Under the pieces are notes generated by a model. The model was not told where the DNA came from. It did not search any database and worked only from the letters and a program-made list of their open reading frames with translations. Below are positions 23,426-37,028 of a stretch of DNA of 64,000 bases, in pieces. Within the stretch, counting starts at the first letter, position 1. Each line of letters begins with the position of its first letter. The translations under genes were made by a program, and so were the position numbers. The DNA comes from Paragordius varius (lineage: Eukaryota; Animalia; Nematomorpha), in the NCBI GenBank assembly GCA_964247055.1, contig OZ176057.1, positions 1,674,001 through 1,738,000 of the forward strand. Reading direction: 5' to 3'.

Positions 23426-25539
23426 TTGAACTATTTGATATATGCTGCATACCTGTATTTACCAATCGCGTATATACCCCCATTTTTAGGCTCTGACATT
23501 CCTCTCTCTTTCTATACAATAAATTCAGTAATATAAATTCGCTAAAATATAAAAAATAAATTTAAAAGATTAATTATTTTTTTAATAGTTAAATGGACTA
23601 CTAAAATATTATGGCCCCATATTTTAAAGAAATATATTAAAATGTGGCAATGGTATGTTATCAGACTGTCATTTCTGAATGCGAGCATAGTCATGGAATA
23701 TTTAAAACAGCTTTTTGTCGTTTTATATACATAAATCTTTTTAAAATATTATCTATTAACTCGAACAAATCGGGCAACTATATTATTAGGCTTTTATTAA
23801 TTGATGGGTGGTTTTAATATTTTGCTTCTTGATAACTTAGGTTCATTTTTTGACATTTTAATTTTATTTAAAGGATGTGTTTTGTAGATTTTACAGCAAA
23901 AATTAAATAAAACTTTTATTAAAATCGTTTTTAACATTAACATTGATAGAAAAAATGGTTTAACGCGCTTCATATTTTAAATATTCATACAAGTCTAATC
24001 AGGTCATCTTAAATGTGTATTTTTAATATTTTAAAGTCCAAGTTGTGTTATGCTAATTGAAATGGTGTCAATTTATACCACCTTTTACGATATATTTGAT
24101 TATAAACTGGCCTGGTTGAATCGATTGTTGGACATTATTTGTTCTCAAGTGTTATAGTTAAAAATTCTCCTATCACATGGAAAGTTATTTTTACATTTTC
24201 ATTTTTTATACATCATAATAAAAACCGTTGAAGAAATGCATATAATTCTTAATTATATTCTTTTTTTAATTTTATTAATATGTTGACCATATATCACAAC
24301 TCATACAAAAGTCATTTGGATAATAATACTTTTGAGACACATTAAAAAATTAGGTCAAAATTAAATAGTTTTGGCATAAAAAATATAAATATATTATTTT
24401 GTAAAAAAGAAAAGGAATTATCTTGTTTTGATAATTATAATAATTCTTCATATTTTATATTGTAATGAAGATTTTTGCATATCATATTTGGTACATCATA
24501 AAACCAGATTTCTAAAGTCATTGTGTTGATGACTGGTATATAGAAATATTTATATAAATATTATTTTACGTTTAAATTGATGTAATAAACAGTATAAAAA
24601 GTTAAAATCTCAGTCTTGCATTTTTTAACAAAAATAAGCATTAACATTAAAGACGGTATAAATAAACCGTTATAGGAATGAATCAAATATAAAATCCTGC
24701 TGTTTATTGACTTAAGGTTCTGTAATTATCTGGAGCCACAAAAATGGTGGGTAAAAACATTCATCTACGTTTTAAGTACAAACTAGTTGAACCGGTCTCT
24801 TTGCCTAAATGCTCGCAGCCCTATAATAATAAGTTTTCCATATACTATGATTTACAGATGAGAGAATTTTTTTAATAATTATACATACATATCGGGGGGC
24901 ATAAAAAATACCCCGCTAAATATATAATCTAGAAAATAGATTTATATTTTGGTATTGGAGCTTACGATGGAATTAGGGTTTTATGGTAATGGAACCGACT
25001 AGTATTTTCATAAAATTTTAATTTCAGTTATCTCAAATTTCCAGGTAAATGGGCTATTTTTTGAAAGCGAAAAAATGCCGAGATTTGGGGAGCTTTTAAT
25101 ATATGGTGACATCAAAAATATTTTTTATACCATGATTATTTTGTTTAAATTGATTTTTGGCAAAACTACCGTACTCTATTGGAACAGGGTAAAAACGGTA
25201 AAATAACTCCTAATTATTATAAATGCACTTTTTCTTTTAAACTAGACTTTCTTAAATTTTGGAAATTAATATTTGTTATTTTGACAAAAAATGTATTTAT
25301 TATTGAAAACTAAAACATGTTTTAATCAAAATTCTGAATTGATGCAAATGTTCAAAATCACCAATATACATATCACCTATTTATAATATCTTAAGCAGCT
25401 ATTTTACCAATTCTCCATCCTTCACAATCGATTGAATTATACAATTCATCAATATGGCTAAAAAAAATTAACAAAAAATGCATATTATATAATTTATACT
25501 GTCATAATCTAAAATATATTATATCACGATCTGGAATTT

Positions 25540-26160
25540 TTACGTTTGAACACTAGCCCATTTTAGAGTAAGCCAAGATATGAGACTTTCGGAGCCCACA
25601 CAGTGGCGTACCGAGCAGGCGACCAGGTAATTAAATTTTTATGGCGCCCCTCCCCTCTTTTTTAAAAGCCAATAAAACAATTTATTAAAAAAAACGTTGT
25701 AACCTAAACACTATAGATAAGACAGCACAGTCATATAAATTTCAAATTTATTTAATATATATATTTATATGATACTAAATTTATTCAATGGTACTAATTA
25801 GGTGAACAATAGAGTATATATTATAGGGATTATTACCTAAATTGCTAAGAAATCTCATTTGAAAGTTCTTATTATTTTTGCATAATTAAAATTCAATTTT
25901 AAAAAATCATTTAGGCGCTCTTAAATAACGGCGCCCGGGGCATGATGCACCCCCTTGCTCCCCCTCGGTACGCCCCTGAGCCCACACATTAAAATTAATT
26001 TGTGCTTTCTTTTATAGTAATAATTCATTGGTTTATATATATATGTATTTAAATTTATCTTTAAACATGTTTGTATCATAGGCACAAATTTTGCGATTTT
26101 TCCATATGGACAATACTACAAAAGTACAAACCGCGATTCGCAAATTTTCGCCTTAAAAAT
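25540..26160. repeat. Partial right arm of the long-TIR foldback family, hosting a MITE
   Basis: gactttcggagcccaca...attaaaatt matches 12795 and the reverse complement of 12166 and 42265. Confidence 0.5.
25601..25978. mobile_element. hAT-type MITE, 378 bp, complete
   Basis: 15-bp TIR cagtggcgtaccgag / ctcggtacgcccctg (14/15); perfect 8-bp TSD agcccaca. Confidence 0.92.
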
Positions 26161-28131
26161 GGGCTAGTTTTTAAATAAAATAAAAATTCAGGGATGCGCA
26201 ACCAAAACCGAAAAAATCAAATTAATACAACATTTCATAACACATTTTAATAAAAAAATTAATTGAAATTGCATAATTATTAATATAAAATTAAAATTTT
26301 TAATTTTAATATATATCTATTTAGTTTAATGACACCATTGATTGTCTGGAAAAATATGTTAAGACCGTTAAATATTTAATATATACCACATTTTATTCTT
26401 AAATTGAATAACTAAAATACTATAGTCTTAAAGGTAAAAAATTGATATTTATTGAAGGTTATCAACATTACTACATTATTTATTAAAGAATTGCTTGATT
26501 TTTAAAATGTAGTTAAAACTGAAAATTTTAACAACAAATAAAAAAGATTAAATTGATTAGTAGCGGGCCGTATATTTCCATAATTGAAACATTTGATGTA
26601 CATTTGTGCCCGCCGAAATCTTTGAGGCGAAGCGTGTGTTGAACCGCCCTGTGCTAGATTATGATCATGTAAATTTTTATTTGAAAAAAACATAAAAATT
26701 TTGTTTTTAGCAAGATTTATTTGCGCGTTTTTATGGTATTTTGAAGCATAATGGTAACAGTAAAAAATTTAGTTTATAACGAAAAACGCTTTATATAATA
26801 AAATGCTGAACATTATCACCTCAGAATATTGAGGAAATTATATTAAACTAGCATGTATAAAAAAAATTTATCGCGCAATTTCCCTATTTTCTCATTTATT
26901 TAAAGAAAACTAGTCCTTATTATAGTGGGTCGAAATTTTAGTACGTGTGGAACCCACATAATATTGTTTTTTATTTAGCCTTAAGTGTACAACTTTAAGT
27001 ACTAAATTGAGCAATTAACAATATGGCTTTAAAACCTAAAGCACCGTGTGAATCATGATCCATATTTATCAGAAAACATATATTTCAACATTTTTTGTCC
27101 ACTTTGTTATAATCAATGTGTTAAAACAAAAATAATGGTAATTAACTAATATTTTTGCCTAAACTATTGACAAATTTTATTAATGGTTAAAAGCAATGTT
27201 TAATATATACAGAGCTGCGAATAATAAAAGAAATAACATTCGTTTAATCATAAAATTATGAGTAATTTATGGTAAATGTTTCAGCCTTTGCTGAAACCAA
27301 AACGGTTATTTGATTGTAGGAGAAATTATTACAAATGTAACTCAAAATTCCCAACGGCCTAATCAAAACTATGATAGGTTAAATTTTTGAACCATAATAT
27401 AATGTTATAAAATATTTGAACATAAAAATAACGAATATTTTAGAACTACAAATTATTAAAAGTACTTTAACATTGTTAGATTCTACAACTAAATCAAATA
27501 TAAATAAATAGTTGGCACAAAATATTAGTAAATGAAACCGAAAACAATTGAAATTACCTACCAGGAATAACATAGAATGCATCTTAATGGCTGCTTACTT
27601 AACACTATTGTTGGGCATAGTATACAGTAGTGCAGTGGTAACCAAACCGCGGCCCGCGGGCCGCATGCGGCCCTAAGGTTCTTTAAAATTGCCCTATGAC
27701 CATATCGCTAATTAAATTATTTTTTTATTGATGAATTTCTAAAATACACATGAACGAATTTTCACTTGTTTTAATATTAATTTATTTTCTTTAGAATTAA
27801 TTTTGGTAATTTTTATTTTTTACCCAATTTGAAATGTAGAAAAATTTCTACATTGAAATGATTTCAAAATTTTGGCACACGTTGTTCCTGTATTATATTT
27901 TCTTTTCTATTTTAAAATTTTTATTGCATTCCTTTTTGTATTTAAGCAAGCCTTTCACCCAAACTTGCAAATACATATTTTTTCATTTCTATCTTGCATC
28001 ATTTATAATTCATTGCCATAAAATATTTTTCAAATCAACATCAGTAAATTTCGACCTGTTTTTTAATGCATAATTCAAATTATATTCCTATTTTTGAAAA
28101 AATTACATAATATTCAGCATAAATTCAAAGG

Positions 28132-31100
28132 ATGACATCTAATGCTAAAAAATGTAAATTATCGGAGGAAAATCCCTCCTTTAAAAAAAAGAATGGTACT
28201 TTGTCGTTTTAAATTAAAATGTTTTACCTGCCTTATATGTAGGAGAACATAATTATAAACAATATTGAAAAACATTTTACAATCCATCATTCTCATAAAT
28301 TACCAGAATAACACGAGGAAAGAAACGAAAAATATAAAAAGACTAGCGTAAATCTCGTGCTGCTACGCAGCCCGAGGAAGTCTTCCAAAAAATTGACTTA
28401 ACCCATTTTTCAGACGGGGTGGGCCCGAACTGGGGACCTAATTCCAAAAAAGGGCGAAGCTATTGTCGGGGCATTCATTAATGATTATATTTTTTTGATA
28501 TTTGGATTTGATTGGGTTAACCGGCTTTCCGGAAACAGATCAGAAATTTTTCTGAGGAATCAGTTTTTACCGGGTAGCTCCTTACCCGGCAGCTATCCAT
28601 AAAAAAACGCCCAACTAAAATTTTTTCCTTTTAACAGGGAATACGTGGAATCCATATTGAATTTTTACGGTCTCATACCTTAGGCAAAAAATCGATTTAA
28701 AAAATTATTTTTGTGGACTTTGTTTTTTGAAAAAAATGGCATTTTACGGGGGAAGCGGAAAAGAGGGCCTAAAGCGAAAAAGTGACTCGACTATGTTTAG
28801 CGCGATCAAAAATAAGTAAACAAAAATCATATTTGAAATTGAATGGTCGAACACGTTCTCCAAAAAATTGACTTAACAAATTTTTCACACGGGGTAGGCC
28901 CGAACTGGATACCTAATTCCAAAAAAGGGCGAAGCTATTGTCGGGCCATTCGTTAATGATTATATTTTTTCGATATTTGGATTTGTATGGGTTCACCGGT
29001 TTTCCGGAAACAGATCACAAAGTTACATGAAAAATCAGTTTTTAGTGGGTAGCTCCTTACCCAGCAGCTATCATCAAAGAAACGCTTGACTAAAATTTTT
29101 GCCTTTTCACAAGGAATACGAAAAACTCAAATTTTTACAGTCTCATACCGTGGGCAAAAAAATACAATCAAAAAATTATGTTTGTGGACTGTGTTTTTTT
29201 TTGAAAAAAATGGCATTTTACGGGGGTAGCGGGTAAAAAGAGGGCCTAAATCAAAAAAGTGAGTCGACTATGTTCAGCGCGATCAAAAATAAGTAAACAA
29301 AAATCATATTTGAAATTGAATGGTCGAACACGTTCTCCAAAAAATTGACTTAACAAATTTTTCACACGGGGTAGGCCCGAACTGGATACCTAATTCCAAA
29401 AAAGGGCGAAGCTATTGTCGGGCCATTCGTTAATGATTATATTTTTTCGATATTTGGAATTGTATGGGTTCACCGGTTTTCCGGAAACAGATCACAAAGT
29501 TACATGAAAAATCAATTTTTAGTGGGTAGCTCCTTACCCAGCAGCTATCATCAAAGAAACGCTTGACTAAAATTTTTGCCTTTTAACAGGGAATACGTGG
29601 AATCCATATTGAATATTTACGGTCTCACACCTAGGGCGAAAAATAGATTTTAAAAAAATATTTTTGTGGACTTTGTTGAAAAAGGTGGCATTTTACGTGG
29701 GGAGCGGGTAAAAAGACGGCCTAAAAAAAGCGAGACGACTATGTTCGGCGCAATCGAAAATAACTAAATAAAAATCATATTTGAAATTGAATGGTCCAAC
29801 ACGTTCTCCAAAAAATTGACTTAACAAATTTTTCACACGGGGTAGGCCCGAACTGGATACCTAATTCCAAAAAAGGGCGAAGCTATTGTCGGGGCATATT
29901 TAATGATTATATTTTTTCGATATTTGGAATTGTATGGGTTCACCGGTTTTCCGGAAACTGATCACAAAGTTACATGAAAAATCAGTTTTTAGTGGGTAGC
30001 TCCTTTCACAGCAGATATCATTAAAGAAACGCTTGACTAAAATTTTTGCTGTTTAACAGGGAAAAGGTGGAATCCATATTGAATTTTTACGGTCTCATAC
30101 CTTGGTCGAAAAATAGATTTTAAAAAAATATTTTTGTGGACTTTGTTTTTTGAAAAAGGTGGCATTTTAGGGGGGAGCGGGTAAAAAGAGGGCCCAAATC
30201 AAAAAAGCGAGACGACTATGTTCGGCGCAATCGGAAATAACTAAATAAAAATCATATTTGAAATTGAATGGTCCAACACGTTCTCCGGAAAATTGAAAGA
30301 CACGATTTTTGTGGACTTCTGTTTTCAAAAAAAACCATTTTTCACACGGGATGGGCCCAAACTGGGGGCCTATTTCAAAAAAAGGGCGAAGCTATTGTCG
30401 GGGCGTTCATTAATGATTATATTTTTTCGATGTGTGGATTTGAATGGGTCTACCGGTTTCCTGTACCAGATCACAAAGCCTGCATTTTCCATTTTTATAA
30501 ATATATAGATTAAGGAAATTTTACAAATGAATTCTACCATGAAGATGTGATTTTCTCCAAATAACTAGCATTTTTCGATAATAATGGTATATCTGTGAAA
30601 AAAATGGTTTCGATCTGGAAGCATGGCTGTCCCTCTATGATTGGAATAAACCAAGGATTTACTCCTCTTTTGAACAAATATAATTTGCAAAATATATCCT
30701 TTCACTGCTTTATTCATCAGCAAAACCTGGTTTCGCCTGTAAAAAATGAATCACTCAATACAATAATTAAAACGGTTGTGGATATAGTTAACCACATCCG
30801 TGGCAGAGAATTCAAACGCCGCAAATTCCCTTCTGAAAGATATCCACAGTGAGTTTGATGATATTCTTTTGTACACCGCTGTGAGATGGCTAAGTCTTAG
30901 CAAAGTATTAAAGAGATTTTTTGTTTTAAGACATGTTCTTTTATATTTGAAACATAACAGAAAGGTTGAAGAGGAAATTAACAATTATTAGCCTACTTTT
31001 GCGACATTATTTATAAACTTAGTATTTTTAATACAAGTCTTCCAGGGAGCAAAATATTAACCTATTTGCTAATCAAATATTTACTTTTGAAGATTATTAA

Positions 31101-31640
31101 TATATAAACAAAATTTTATAAATAAAACACTCCTATATTTTCCAACATTTATAACAAATCATGAAGAAATATGGAATTTACCGCGATTAATTTAATATCA
31201 GACAATCATTTAACATTTTTATCTAATGAGATGAAATTCAAATTCCTAGAATCAAGAAATATTAAAAATTGCTTAAAACTCGTTGAAAATTCATGCATAT
31301 GAAAATAACCAATATAAAGCAACTTGAGCATTTCGGTTTTGATCAGGCGCATATCATTGAAGAATTCGTAGATTTTAAAAACATCCAATTTGGAAGCTAT
31401 ATTCCAGGAGAATCGTAGAGTAGAAAGATATGTAGAGTTTTGGCAATATGTGCCAAATTCTAAAAATACAAAAAAATTCCTCAAATTATCCTAACTGTTT
31501 TTCCCACAACTTACACGTGTGAGACGGCATATTAAAAAAATGAAGTATGTCAAGAATACATACAGAAATCGCTTAACCGATGATCATATCGACGACATAT
31601 TAAGATTGGCCTGTCATGAGGCGAAACTAAATTTGTCAAA
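28132..31640 (+). pseudogene. hAT transposase pseudogene split by a Helitron
   Basis: N-terminal MTSNAKKCKLSEEN..KEW..TCLIC; after the insert PSMIG, FHCFIHQ, LLYTAVRWLS, TVFPTTYTCET, NRLTDDHIDDILRL; frameshifts and stops. Confidence 0.85.
28343..30509 (-). mobile_element. Non-autonomous Helitron, 2167 bp, with ~4.5 tandem ~475-bp units
   Basis: A|TCTATAT at 30509; hairpin + CTAG|T at 28343; unit marker aaaattgactta at ~28387, 28862, 29339, 29810 and variant at ~30288. Confidence 0.9.
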
Positions 31641-31920
31641 AGATATTGGTTAATATCAAAATAAATGCTGTCATCAAAATATTTTAATATTTTAATAATT
31701 GCAAAAAATTTATTGTGCTGATTTAGAGTATAAATATGTGGTTATGTGTCAAAAAGCTAAGGAATTTTTGCCATTATAAGGTTCATGCCTCTTAAAAAAT
31801 ATATTGGGCCGATTAAATTTTTTTGGTCTGTACTACTGCAGTAGTGTATGAAAAAACCAACAAAATGTTGATAAACACTCTTTTCCTTTCCTTTTTCGAT
31901 ACACTGTGTTGCGAATTGCC

Positions 31921-34760
31921 CTGTTGTTGTTGTTTGCTAAAGTCGATTCCGACAAACTGCAACATTGAAAATAAAGCTTCTCCATTCATTGCGATTTCCG
32001 GTTTTGGTGTTTAGGTCGGATAATGATTGATTGGTTTCTTTAAGGATGTTATCCATCCAACGATTTCGTCTTCTCCCTCTTTTTCGGGCACCATTCACTT
32101 TCCCCAGCATCAGTGATTTTTCAAGTGAGCTGGATCTCATGATGTGCCCGAAGAAGGAGAGTTTTTGCCGTGTTAAGCTGCCAAGAAGTGACATTTCTGG
32201 GTTAATTTTATTTAGAATGGTGGTGTTTGAAACTTTGTCTGTCCATTTTGTTTGAAGAAGTTTCCTCTAAACCCATAATTTGAAAGAGTTTATTAGACGT
32301 TCATCATATTTTTTCAGTGTCCAGCTTTCCCCCCCATACATAAATGTGGGGAAAACTGTAGCTTTGATTAATCTGATTTTGGTTTGTAGTTTAATGTCAT
32401 GCGACATCCAAATCCTGTTATATTTAAAAGTTACTGCTTTAGCAATGGCAATTCTTCGCTTTATTTCAGGCGTAGAGTTGTTCTCATTATTAATAATGCT
32501 ACCTAAGTACGTGTAGCTGCTAACTGTTTCGATCTGGTTGCCGTTGAGGATTATTGGATTGGTTTGAGCCGGATTTATTTGCATGACTTTTGTTTTTTTG
32601 AAATTGATATTTAATCCAAATTTATTGCATTCAGTTGTAAACACTTGCAAGGCTTGCGATAATGTGTCTACACTGTCTGCGAATAAAACTGTATCATCCG
32701 CGTAGTGAACGGATGTAAGTAGGTTCCCACCTACGTTGATGCCGTAAGTTTGTGGGATATTTCTTATAATGCACTCCAGGTATGCGTTAAAAAGCATTGG
32801 TGATAAAACGCATTGACGGAGGCCGACTTGTACCATACATGGGTCAGATATACCGTATGGTGTAGATACTACAGCCGTGGAATTTGAATAAATTGAAAAT
32901 ATGATGTTGATTAAATGTGTTGACACTCCGAGTTGTTTTAAAGCTTTCCGTAGTTTATTGTGCTGGATGGAATCGAATGCTTTGGACAAATCGACAAAGC
33001 ACATATGCAATTCTTTGTTAAATTCGATGTGTTTTTCGATTATCCACCTCATGTTACATATCATATTACGGCATCCTCTACCTTTTCGAAAACCAGCCTG
33101 AATCGTGGATATCTCCGGGTCAAGAATGGAATTTAGACGAAACTGTATTATTTTTAGAAAAACTTTGGACACCTGGTTTATGAGCGCTATGGTGCGATAG
33201 TTGTCACACAGTTCTGGGTTACCCTTTATTACAATCGGAATTATAATGGATGTGCACCAATCCTCAGTTTTTCCATCTCAAATATGGTTTGAAATAATTT
33301 GGTGAGTATATCGATTGGAATGTATTTTATTATTTCAGTAGGGATGTCTTGGTGGCCCTTTGATTTACCGGTGCTAGAGTGTTTTATAGCGAGTTCCACT
33401 TCTTCTTTCGTTAATTGGGGGGTTATTTACATTGTATAGTTTGTTTATATGTTTGTGCCATAGTTTGCGAATTTCGTCTTTTTCGGTGACGATTGAGTTG
33501 TTGTCGTTTCTCATAGATCCCTTATAAAAAACTTTTTTGTGTGGAACAATATTGTTTGCATGGGCAAAGAGGTTTTGATTATTTTTGGCGTCTGTTTCTA
33601 ATTTTCACATAGTTGGTCATAATACTTATTTGTGTCCTCTCTTGCACTCTTCTGAAACTCACTGTTTAGTTGTTTGTATTCATCCCATTTGCATTTGATT
33701 TTGGATTCTCTACGTTTTTCTGCGATCTCGAGACTTTTGGTTGACAATTTTATTTTTTGCTTATTGCGTTTGAGAGGCCGAATGAATTCGTCGGCTGTGT
33801 CTCATCAGATTGTATATATATCGTTCCAAAAGAAGTTTATATCTTGATAGTTTTCGGAATTATGTTCAAGGCAATCGAAACGATTTGATAAAGCGGTGCT
33901 AAACTTATCGTCGATTGTATCATAATATCTTGTTCTTGTAAGTTTGGATGTTTTAGGTAGTTGTAATTTAATTCGGAGTTTGGCGATTAATAGGTTGTGG
34001 TCGCTGTAGCAATCCGATCCTGGTAGGCATTTGACATTATGAAATGAACTTTTGTATTTTACCATACCTAATATGAAGTCAATCTGGTTACGGTATCTTT
34101 GACACGGGGAACGCCATGTGTATACACGTCGTTTGGGCTGTTTAAAAAAGCTGTTTGCGACGAAGAAACGATGGTTAGCACAAAATCCAATCAATCTGTC
34201 TCCTCTCTCGTTTTTTATGCCCAAGCCCATGCCGCCTGTCATAGGAGGTGTTTTGTCTGTTCCGATGATTGAGTTAAAATCACCTAAGATAAATATGATA
34301 TCCTTTTTTGAAATGTGGGATATCGCCAAGTCGAGATCGCTATAAAATTTTTCACAGTCGTCATCGCTGTAAGAGGAGGTAGGTGCGTAAATTTGAAGGA
34401 TAGTAATGGGTTGAGGGGTTGTTTGTATGCGGATTGCGATAATACGATCATTGATAGATTAAAAATGTCCGATAAGTTAGCTAGTTTTTTGTTCATTATT
34501 ATGCCGACACCGTTGTATTTTGACGAGTCGTGGCCGGAATAATACAAAATATGATTGTCAAATTCTTAGGTTCCGGTAGAGGGGATGTGTGATTCTGAAA
34601 TTCCTAGTATGTCAATTTTATGCTTAGTCATTTCATTAACGACAATATCTAGCTTGTGGTTTTTGTAGGATCGGCGTAAGTTCCATGTGGCGATGCAGAT
34701 GCTGAGATTACGTGATTTCAACATTAGCAGAATGTCCTTCGAATGGGAGAAGTGAATAGG
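31921..34760 (-). mobile_element. RTE-clade (BovB-like) LINE, near full length, frameshifted
   Basis: APE motifs IATWN, LGISE, GDFN, RNQIDFIL, SDH; RT motifs QAGFRKGRG, FVDLSKAFD, HYADD, YLGS; C-terminal LMLGKVNGARKRGR..RW; (CAA)n tail at 31921-31935. Confidence 0.93.
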
Positions 34761-36019
34761 AAATATGTTATGGATATGTAAGGAATAGGATATAACTATT
34801 TCTAATATTCGGAGAAGGTAAAAATCAATGTTTTTGGTAAAAAGATCGATAAGAGATGGGTAGGTATACCATACCTTTCCCACTCGATTAAAAGCAAATT
34901 GCCCTACTATAGTGTTAAAAAGCAACCATTAAAATCCATACTGTATCTGCCAATAAAAACTCATAGTGTTGCATCTTCTTTGCATATTTTGTATGCAGCG
35001 TATCACATCCATAAAAAATCATAACTTAAAACAACATTAACTTTTTTGGCTTAAAGACATTCCTAACCATAAAAAAAAGCTATTAATCTTGACATTGTAA
35101 TTTAAGATATGACAATCAATAATATAGCATTAAATTTTAAGATTAATTAGAAGCTACAAAAGAGTTGTTCAATAAAAATATTATCACCATAGATTATTCA
35201 ATATGTACGTACAGTAAAAATTTAAATTATACATAGATAGCGTATAAACTAAGGAACAAACATTATTAAAAATATTATCAGAAAATTATTATTTATTTAT
35301 CTTTTGGGTTGCCAAATATGGAATAGATAAATTGGTAATATAATTTTAAATATTAAATATATAGTCAGACCAAGGTTTATATGGTTTTTTTACAAAAATA
35401 TTTGTCTTTTAATTTTTATATTTATGCATAATTAAGACTACATACACAATGTCCACAAAAAAATCCTAATGATGTATATATATATATATATGTATTAGAA
35501 TAAGAAAATACGTCAAGATTTCATGATTGATATGCCGCGTGATTTGCAAAAGTTATCTACACTTTTGTGGTAGCTCCATATCAGAAAATGGCAAAAGTTG
35601 CGCACATTTTTGAATGTAAATTTTTTTGTGCAAGCTAAATTCTTCATTCTAAAACATTGCTATAATATATATACTACATAGAAGAAGCAAAATGTGGGCT
35701 TCGACCCAAGTTTTTTCGCGTTTTTAAAAAACGAGCTAGTTCTCTTAAAATAAAAGCAAAAATGCCGAAAATGCGGGATAATGTTTAAATATATGCTAAA
35801 TTTTCATGTCAAAAGAAATATAAAAATGCATAATTTTTTCCAAATTATTTTTAAATTTTAGTGAAGCGTACTTTTTGGACGGAAAAGAAAGACTTCTCGA
35901 TTTAAAAATGTTCACAAATTTATATTAAATATTGTGTTTATTTCAAAATATCATCAAATTTGAAAGCAAACGAACATTTAAATTAAAAATAAGAGCGTGT
36001 TCAGCATCATCGGGCATAA

Positions 36020-36318
36020 AACTTTTATGGCGCCCTTCCCCCCTTTTTTTAAAAGCCAATAAAACAATTTATAAAAAAAAAATACAAACGTTGTAACCTA
36101 AACACCATAGATAAGACAGCACAGCCATGTAAATTTTAATTCTATTAAATATATATATTTATATGATACTAAATTTATTAGGTGAATAATAGAGTATATA
36201 GGGATTAGTACCCAAATTGCTAAAAATCTCATTTTAATTTAATTTTAAAAAATCATTTAGGCGTCCCTAAATAGCGGCGGGGCATGAACCCCCTTGCCCC
36301 CCCCTCGGTACGCCCCTG
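36020..36318. mobile_element. One-end-truncated copy of the 25601 MITE
   Basis: Colinear match to 25636-25978, ends ctcggtacgcccctg. Confidence 0.85.
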
Positions 36319-37013
36319 ATTAAAAAGTGTTTTTATAAAATCTTAAAACGTTTTTAATCCTTTCCATCTCATACCTCAAAATTGTATGAAGTACGTTTCA
36401 ATATTTTTTTTAAAACAAAGTATGCATTTTTAAAAATAATTTTGGTTGATGTTGAAATTCAGGTTATCGGCATTTTTGCGTTTGTTATAACCCATTTTAG
36501 AAGAGGAAAAAATTTGGAACTTTCGCAGCCTAACTTCTTAAAATTAAATTTTATTATATATCCTCTAGCTTGTTATATATAATGTTATTTTAATTATATT
36601 TTTTGGAATAAAGCATTTTGTTTTTTACAAAATAATTTTGTTTGACAAAATATGCGCAAATTGTCATTTTTTGCTATGGAGCAAAAGGTGTTTAAAATAG
36701 AAACAACATAATTTATTATCTCAAATTTAGTACATTTATTAACTGATTGTTTAGTGGTGGTACAGGTGTATTTATATATTTTAGCAAGGATAAATTACAA
36801 TAATAAATTAGAAAACTATTTGTATCAAATACAATGTCATATAAAATATCCATATATATAATAGTAATTAAATTATTTATTAAATACAATGTCGTATAAT
36901 AATTCAACTAAGGTTATAAACTTAGCAACTATAATTAGAATACCATTTGTACATACAATGTCATATAATATATAAATAATAATAATTTAACTTAAAGTTA
37001 TAACCAATTAACA

Positions 37014-37028
37014 TTATCTTCCCCCTAT
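37014..37028 (-). promoter_or_regulatory. Polypurine tract of the Gypsy element
   Basis: AGGGGGAAGATAA directly before the 3' LTR TGTTAA on the minus strand. Confidence 0.8.

Larger units (their letters stand above)
27633..31838 (+). mobile_element. Decayed hAT DNA transposon (Buster/Charlie/SPIN type)
   Basis: TIR cagtggtaaccaaacc / ggtctgtactactg; subterminal gcggcccgcgggccgcatgcggccc; perfect 8-bp TSD cagTAgtg at 27625-27632 and 31839-31846. Confidence 0.9.

Noticed and set aside
26500-26700. GC-richer island with a cagggcgg TIR-like end
   Set aside because: No matching opposite end or TSD found.
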